Shown here: one piece after another, positions 48,094 to 52,875 of the stretch
Position numbering within the stretch: the stretch's first letter is position 1
Layout: each line of letters opens with the position of its first letter
Virus record (IMG/VR): IMGVR_UViG_3300023174_000226
Span: 1-52,875 of that record
Length of the DNA: 52,875 nt
Origin: a virus
Taxonomy: Duplodnaviria; Caudoviricetes
Strand: one strand, 5' to 3'
Program-made: the position numbers and the translations under genes
The notes under the pieces: model-generated
Database searches by the model: none
Told to the model about the DNA's origin: nothing
What the model saw: only the letters and a program-made list of their open reading frames with translations

Positions 48094-50034
48094 ATTAATA
48101 ACAAAACCTCAAGATTTATACTAGCAATATTTTTAGCCTTTTCCTGTTTATTTTTTCCATCAACAGCCTCTGCAGAAACAAGGGCTGAGTATGATGCAGT
48201 TGTAGCAGAAGCACAGGCTCTAGTTGACGCTACCAAAACCGCTTTGACAGTTGCTCAAGAAGCATACCAGACAGCCTTGAATGAAAAGACTACAATAGAT
48301 TCCACGGTAGAGTCAAATAAAACAATTTTAGATAATGTAATTCTAGATGTTCAAAGTAAGCAATTGCTGGTAGATAAAGCACAAGTAGCCTTAGATTTGG
48401 CTAGAGAAGACTACAATACAAAATTAATTTCAGACCCTAACTGGATTAGACCTGACAAAGAAGTCACACAAACCATTGATGTTCCATATACAGTTCAAGT
48501 TCCATATACAGAGTTAGTTCCAAGAACAGAACTTGTACCGAGAACAATCCTAGTTCCTAATACAAGGATGGAGTCTTATTTAGATTATGAGCCAGTGGAA
48601 GTCACAACTCTAGTTCCAGGTGGACTTACAGCAACTTCTTACAACAGACAGGGATATAACAATGCCCCACCACTACCAACAGAAACAGAAACACCACTAT
48701 CAACTAAGAATGTTCCTAACATTGATTTTCAATGGGGCAGTGGTTTAGTTTTAAACTCTGGAAAGGCTGAAGATGTTTTAGTAAAATTTGAAGGTAACCT
48801 CATGGTTCCACAAGATGGATGGTATAGTTTTTATGCTCCAGGAGATGACGGAGTTAAGTTAACAATTGCTGGCATGAGCCTTATCAATGATTGGCGTGAC
48901 AAAGGTGGAGGTGGCAGCACTTCACAAGAAGTATGGATTAGAGCAGGTATTTTCTATCCAACTACACTATACTATTATGAAAATGGTGGTGGAGCATGGG
49001 TACAACTTTATTCAAAAATTTCTGGTGGTAGTATGCAAATTGTTCCTGCATCATGGTTTGGAGAAAGAACAGTAACAGAAATAGTATATCAACCAGTTGT
49101 AAAGTACTATGAGGTAACTTATTACACAGAAGAAACAGTTTACGATGAGGTAGTTGTCTATGATGAAATAACTTTTTATAGAGAAGAAACTAGATATAGA
49201 AAAGAAGATATCATTATTATTGTTCCAGATGAGGATGCTACTGCCCCACTAATCAATGACCCAGGATTGCTGTTGGTTGTTGGCATAGCACAAAATAACT
49301 TAGATGAAAAACAATCTACTTTGTTATTTGCAATATCAGATAGGGAGAAACTGCAACAGGATTATGAGTCATCTTTGTTAGTTCAAACAGAAAAAGCAGG
49401 TATAATTGAAGTAGCATCTCAGGATGTAATAACAAAACAGGAGGAATTAGTTGCAGTCCAACAAGAACTTGACTCCATTCCACCTTACGAAGAGCCAGCA
49501 CCTACACCTACGGAGACCAAGGAACCTGTTGAAAAGCCAACAGAAGTTATCCCAGAACCGCTACCAGACCCAGAGCCGCCAGTGTCCCCCGAACCCAATC
49601 AACCTGAGTTACCAGTAGATGTAGCCACGGTAGACCCACAATCACTTTCAAATGAACAAGTAGCAGAACTTATATCTGTAGCAAATGAAATTCTAAATAA
49701 TTCAGAACAAGGCTCACCAGAATATGAACAGGCTCTTGACGCTCTATTTGTAGCAGCCCAAGCAGATGACATTGTAATCTCTGAAGAACTTGCAGCCATT
49801 CCAGGAGCAGCAGCATTGGTTGGTGCAATTAACTTTATGGGTAACGTTGGTTCTGACATGTCTCCAAAAGTAAGAGAAGAATCTAAAAAGATTGTTGTTA
49901 CAGCAGTTGTTGCTGTTGGAGCAGCAGTCAACGCAGCAACAGGAGCAGCACTTTCTGCAGCAGCACCATCAGCCGCAGCATCTGCATCAGCAGGTGGCTC
50001 AGGTGGAACATCAAGTAGAAGGAGGAACGATTAA
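48094..50034 (+). CDS. Exported, C-terminally anchored PA14-domain protein (probable ATT start)
   Basis: Frame is open upstream of 48244 and encodes a signal peptide. PA14 motifs NIDFQWG, KFEG, DDGVKL, INDW, YYENGGGA. Pro-rich linker, hydrophobic tail, RRR. Confidence 0.82.
   Translation: MNNKTSRFILAIFLAFSCLFFPSTASAETRAEYDAVVAEAQALVDATKTALTVAQEAYQTALNEKTTIDSTVESNKTILDNVILDVQSKQLLVDKAQVALDLAREDYNTKLISDPNWIRPDKEVTQTIDVPYTVQVPYTELVPRTELVPRTILVPNTRMESYLDYEPVEVTTLVPGGLTATSYNRQGYNNAPPLPTETETPLSTKNVPNIDFQWGSGLVLNSGKAEDVLVKFEGNLMVPQDGWYSFYAPGDDGVKLTIAGMSLINDWRDKGGGGSTSQEVWIRAGIFYPTTLYYYENGGGAWVQLYSKISGGSMQIVPASWFGERTVTEIVYQPVVKYYEVTYYTEETVYDEVVVYDEITFYREETRYRKEDIIIIVPDEDATAPLINDPGLLLVVGIAQNNLDEKQSTLLFAISDREKLQQDYESSLLVQTEKAGIIEVASQDVITKQEELVAVQQELDSIPPYEEPAPTPTETKEPVEKPTEVIPEPLPDPEPPVSPEPNQPELPVDVATVDPQSLSNEQVAELISVANEILNNSEQGSPEYEQALDALFVAAQADDIVISEELAAIPGAAALVGAINFMGNVGSDMSPKVREESKKIVVTAVVAVGAAVNAATGAALSAAAPSAAASASAGGSGGTSSRRRND
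48481..48558 (+). repeat. 18-nt (6-aa) tandem repeat
   Basis: VPYTVQ VPYTEL VPRTEL VPRTIL VP; GTTCCATATACAG occurs twice. Confidence 0.85.
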
Positions 50035-50213
50035 TGAAAAAATTTTTAAATGACCTATTGGGTCAAGCATGGACACTCCTTGGTATGTTTGTAGCATGGC
50101 TGGTTCTTGAGGGTTCTGCAAAAGAAGTTGTAGGATATGCCATCATTGGAACATCTGTTCTATGGATGATTACTTATCCACTTAGAAATCCAAAAGACAA
50201 GGAGGAAGAATAA
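50034..50213 (+). CDS. Small two-TM membrane protein (59 aa, not in ORF track)
   Basis: MKKFLNDLLGQAWTLLGMFVAWLVLEGSAKEVVGYAIIGTSVLWMITYPLRNPKDKEEE; SD GGAGG, TAATG on both sides. Confidence 0.8.
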   Translation: MKKFLNDLLGQAWTLLGMFVAWLVLEGSAKEVVGYAIIGTSVLWMITYPLRNPKDKEEE

Positions 50214-50506
50214 TGAGACTATTTGGTAATGTATTTATGCGTATTGTTGCTACCTTTGTTGCTTCTGCACTTGGTGTAGTTGGTGCTGGTAGCGTAGCAA
50301 GCGGTATTAGTGGTGTCGAGATTCCTATTTGGTTTAGTGCTGTAATGGGTGGTATCTTGGCAGTAGCAAAGGTAGTAGAGTTACTAGCCTTAGCATTCCT
50401 TGAAGATGGCAAACTATCTCGTAATGAGATTAATGCTGCTTTCCGTCAGACTATTGCTCTTAAAGATGTAGCACAAGACGAAGAGACATCTAAGCCTAAG
50501 AAATAA
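50213..50506 (+). CDS. Two-TM membrane protein, holin-like
   Basis: Two hydrophobic segments, charged tail. Confidence 0.6.
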   Translation: MRLFGNVFMRIVATFVASALGVVGAGSVASGISGVEIPIWFSAVMGGILAVAKVVELLALAFLEDGKLSRNEINAAFRQTIALKDVAQDEETSKPKK

Positions 50507-50507
50507 C

Positions 50508-50536
50508 TTGACAAACCCCTTTCGGTAGTTTATAAT
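50508..50536 (+). promoter_or_regulatory. Perfect consensus sigma70 promoter
   Basis: TTGACA-17 nt-TATAAT. Confidence 0.88.
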
Positions 50537-50563
50537 AGATATAGACCTGAAAGGGGTTTTTCT
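50513..50563 (+). terminator. Inverted repeat/terminator enclosing the -10 box
   Basis: AAACCCCTTTCGGT ... ACC(T)GAAAGGGGTTT then TTCT. Confidence 0.65.
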
Positions 50564-50803
50564 ATGTCAATGACTTTTGACGAATGGCTACAACATGGCT
50601 TAACACAAGGATGGGTTGGTCCTGCTGTATGCAGTACACACGATGGAATTCCTACCACTAGAGATGAAGATTTAGAGTGGGAAACTGGAGACCCATGCAT
50701 CCATGTATTGAGATTGTATGAAGATGAAGCAACCAAGTTGGCTGTGGAAGAAAATCATGCTCCGTCTGTATGGCGAGCAACAAATAGTGGTTACACTGTA
50801 TAA
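50564..50803 (+). CDS. Hypothetical protein, possible metal binder
   Basis: CSTHD...DPCIH; promoter and SD present. Confidence 0.75.
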   Translation: MSMTFDEWLQHGLTQGWVGPAVCSTHDGIPTTRDEDLEWETGDPCIHVLRLYEDEATKLAVEENHAPSVWRATNSGYTV

Positions 50804-50812
50804 TTAAATAAT

Positions 50813-50885
50813 TGGGCATTAACTCAGTTGGCAGAGTGTTCGACTGTTAATCGAAATGTCCCTGGTTCGAACCCAGGATGCCCAG
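50813..50885 (+). tRNA. tRNA-Asn(GTT)
   Basis: Acceptor TGGGCAT/ATGCCCA, anticodon arm TTCGA-ctGTTaa-TCGAA, T arm CCTGG-TTCGAAC-CCAGG; no encoded CCA. Confidence 0.95.
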
Positions 50886-50982
50886 CAGAGACCAGACACG
50901 CAGACTTAGATTCGGTGGCTTAACAGAAATACTAGTAAAGACTGTTACAGATGTTGTTCCTATCTGGGTTGTCAAGGAGCAT
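50886..50982 (+). ncRNA. Candidate structured RNA between the tRNAs
   Basis: Hand-found helices including a possible pseudoknot; no ORF. Confidence 0.35.
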
Positions 50983-51054
50983 GCCACCTTAACTCAGCGG
51001 TAGAGTGCCATACTTGTAATATGGAGGTCAACAGTTCAAATCTGTTAGGTGGCT
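50983..51054 (+). tRNA. tRNA-Thr(TGT)
   Basis: Acceptor GCCACCT/AGGTGGC, anticodon arm CCATA-ctTGTaa-TATGG, T arm AACAG-TTCAAAT-CTGTT; no encoded CCA. Confidence 0.95.
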
Positions 51055-51062
51055 CCGATGGA

Positions 51063-51071
51063 TGTTATAAT
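51063..51071 (+). promoter_or_regulatory. Extended -10 promoter
   Basis: TGTTATAAT; SD GAAAGGA before ATG 51121. Confidence 0.65.
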
Positions 51072-51120
51072 AGTATTACTATGAACATTCATAGAATACA
51101 TCTTGAAAGGAAGTATTATA

Positions 51121-51567
51121 ATGACAGAAAAAGTTGCAGTTTATAAAGAACCATTTCCAAAGGCAAAGCGTGGAGATGGCTTTAAGAACATGGCTTCATA
51201 CCGTAAGCACCCACACCGTGGTGTTGACTGGTCAGTAGCCGCACATAGTCCAATTAAGGGAATTACTGGTGGACATGTTATGGTAACAAAGTGGACAGAC
51301 GTTCTTGGAAACATTGTTATTCAGTCTACATATGACAAGCATTTCATTCTTTATGCACACCTTGCAAAGCCATCACCTCTAAAGGTTGGCGATGAAGTTG
51401 TTGCAGGAGTGACAGTGATTGGTGAAGTAGGTGGCGGTAAGGATACACCTAGCGGTACAGCCAGTACTGGGGCACATCTCCACGTCACATATGGAACAGT
51501 CCAGGACCTAGTATCAGCAGACATCAGCAAACTTGCTGACCTGTTTGCAAAACTAGACGGAAAGTAA
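51121..51567 (+). CDS. M23 family peptidase (endolysin candidate)
   Basis: HRGVD, YAHL, STGAHLH. Confidence 0.88.
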   Translation: MTEKVAVYKEPFPKAKRGDGFKNMASYRKHPHRGVDWSVAAHSPIKGITGGHVMVTKWTDVLGNIVIQSTYDKHFILYAHLAKPSPLKVGDEVVAGVTVIGEVGGGKDTPSGTASTGAHLHVTYGTVQDLVSADISKLADLFAKLDGK

Positions 51568-51570
51568 ATC

Positions 51571-51747
51571 ATGCCCACCTATAATTTTAAATGCCCAGGT
51601 TGTGAAAAAACAATACAAGAGGTAAGACCTTTTGAAGATGCTGACAAAGAATTACTTTGTGATGCTTGCAATATTGCAATGCATAAGGTATACTCAGTAG
51701 GAGCAATTAAATTTAATGGTGGAGGGTTTTACTCAAATGACAAATAA
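51571..51747 (+). CDS. FmdB-family zinc ribbon protein (58 aa, not in ORF track)
   Basis: MPTYNFKCPGC...CDAC..M.KVYS...IKFNGGGFYSNDK. Confidence 0.85.
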   Translation: MPTYNFKCPGCEKTIQEVRPFEDADKELLCDACNIAMHKVYSVGAIKFNGGGFYSNDK

Positions 51748-51958
51748 CCTAATCGAAGAAAAACATTGGACACTATCTGCATTGGATAGATGTGATGCGT
51801 GTGGTTCACAGGCTTATGTTCATGCATTAGGAACGACAGGCGATTTGCTTTTCTGTGCTCATCACTACGAGGGTATTCTGAGTAATGAGAAGGCACAGGA
51901 AGCAATGAACCGATTTGCTTATCAAATAATTGATGAGCGAAAACAATTGGATGAATAA
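51737..51958 (+). CDS. Small zinc-binding protein resembling an actinobacterial family
   Basis: LSALDRCDACGSQAY...LLFCAHH...DER. Confidence 0.7.
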   Translation: MTNNLIEEKHWTLSALDRCDACGSQAYVHALGTTGDLLFCAHHYEGILSNEKAQEAMNRFAYQIIDERKQLDE

Positions 51959-51960
51959 TT

Positions 51961-52371
51961 ATGGAATATTTTTTGGGTTGTTTATTTACCTTAACAATGA
52001 TATACGTTGTTGTTGGGTTATTAAGACAACCAAAAAATAAAATCATAAATAGTATAGTTGTTCATACACAATCAAAATTACACGAAATGGTTAAAGATTT
52101 TATACTAATCAATACCAAACCATTAAAAACACAGGCAACTGAATATTTTGAATCAAAGCATATACTTGTAGTTCGTAATGAGAATAATGTTTATTGGATT
52201 CAGGATAATGTTTTTTATGTTGCGGATATTGTTAATGGACAAGTTGCTGAAGAAACTAAAAAAAGGGTTGACACAAGCAACATGAATAAGGTAGAATTAG
52301 ATAAGATAAGTTTTATCGTTGATAAACTAACAGAAGGAAAAAGATATGATAGTGGGAATCCAGGGAAGTAA
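51961..52371 (+). CDS. Hypothetical protein with N-terminal TM anchor
   Basis: Hydrophobic residues 3-21. Confidence 0.7.
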   Translation: MEYFLGCLFTLTMIYVVVGLLRQPKNKIINSIVVHTQSKLHEMVKDFILINTKPLKTQATEYFESKHILVVRNENNVYWIQDNVFYVADIVNGQVAEETKKRVDTSNMNKVELDKISFIVDKLTEGKRYDSGNPGK

Positions 52372-52696
52372 GAACTTCAATGATTACAATGTATTCCTAA
52401 GAGCCATGGGTGTGGCTTTGTCTAGCCTACCCGAAGGAGATACTGATATTCTTGTTGCCTCTGCTGGACCGTTGAACATTAATAATATGGGTATGGAGTT
52501 TGTTAATATTTCAGAACGTAGCCTAAAGGCTCGTGGTATTAAGATTAAACTAATTAAGATTCCACCAAGTTGGATTAAGGACAATATTCATAACATTGAA
52601 TACTTTGCCTATTTTAGTAAACCAAAAGAGCCTGTGTCTGACTTGGTAGACCTTGCTGAAGCAAAAGATATTGAAGTTGGCGTTTATCGCTACTGA
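52346..52696 (+). CDS. SLOG/YspA-like protein
   Basis: IVGIQGSKNFNDY resembles the GSR.F.D start of YspA-like SLOG proteins. Confidence 0.5.
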   Translation: MIVGIQGSKNFNDYNVFLRAMGVALSSLPEGDTDILVASAGPLNINNMGMEFVNISERSLKARGIKIKLIKIPPSWIKDNIHNIEYFAYFSKPKEPVSDLVDLAEAKDIEVGVYRY

Positions 52697-52709
52697 TAGA
52701 AAGGTGATT

Positions 52710-52875
52710 ATGCTAATTAAATCACTAGAGAAAATGGAAACAATTGTAGAAAACAATAAGTTTCTATCGTGGGATGGCTGGACAGTTCTAGAACTGAGAA
52801 AGTCTGATATGGCTTGGATGAAACCAAATGCCAAGTTCATCAATGACGAGTGGTACATTGCCAATCGTTTTGATG
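52710..52875 (+). CDS. Hypothetical protein, 3'-truncated
   Basis: SD GAAAGGTG; MLIKSLEKMETIVENNKFLSWDGW... open to the window end. Confidence 0.75.
   Translation, partial: MLIKSLEKMETIVENNKFLSWDGWTVLELRKSDMAWMKPNAKFINDEWYIANRFD

Larger units (their letters stand above)
1..52875 (+). mobile_element. Tailed dsDNA phage genome segment (siphovirus-type, probably actinophage)
   Basis: Portal, protease, capsid, tail tube, tape measure, terminase and replication genes are co-oriented and tightly packed. No sheath gene, no integrase. Confidence 0.97.

Noticed and set aside
50886-50982. Theta/HDV-like, hammerhead, twister or pistol ribozyme
   Set aside because: Could not place the required core motifs or helix order by eye; kept only as an unclassified candidate.
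1216-52864. Short minus-strand and alternate-frame ORFs in the track
   Set aside because: They overlap well-supported + strand genes, lack recognisable motifs and look like shadow ORFs.
1-52875. Stop-codon reassignment
   Set aside because: Genes are intact in the standard code, and TAA, TAG and TGA all end genes.

Overview
Fragment of a large, AT-rich tailed dsDNA phage genome, apparently a siphovirus. Almost all genes are on the + strand, and no integrase or host genes are seen. Gene content suggests an actinobacterial, probably freshwater, host (inference). Order: divergent lipoprotein gene (partial); Mtd-N fibre; class II ribonucleotide reductase; large virion protein; portal, protease/scaffold, capsid, neck and tail tube; two paralogous tail chaperones; a 2873-aa tape measure; tail tip genes; HTH; replication/recombination block (DnaB, primase, SSB, DnaE, MazG-like, RecA, two resolvases, Cas4-like nuclease); terminase small and large; PA14 surface protein plus two membrane proteins; tRNA-Asn and tRNA-Thr; M23 peptidase; small ORFs. 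Most notable: (1) the tape measure looks like a cassette polyprotein, with repeated (F/Y)AxGG..PG(Y/F) motifs delimiting cargo domains that include a kinase-like and a possible His-Me nuclease-like domain; (2) the G/G-T chaperone frameshift appears replaced by gene duplication; (3) an ATT-initiated PA14 protein with a matched-repeat beta stalk; (4) promoters placed inside RBS-sequestering hairpins, plus many leaderless genes; (5) a candidate pseudoknotted RNA between the tRNAs; (6) apparent absence of GATC/AGCT/GGCC/CCGG/GCGC/CGCG. All family calls come from motif recognition by eye; no searches were run.
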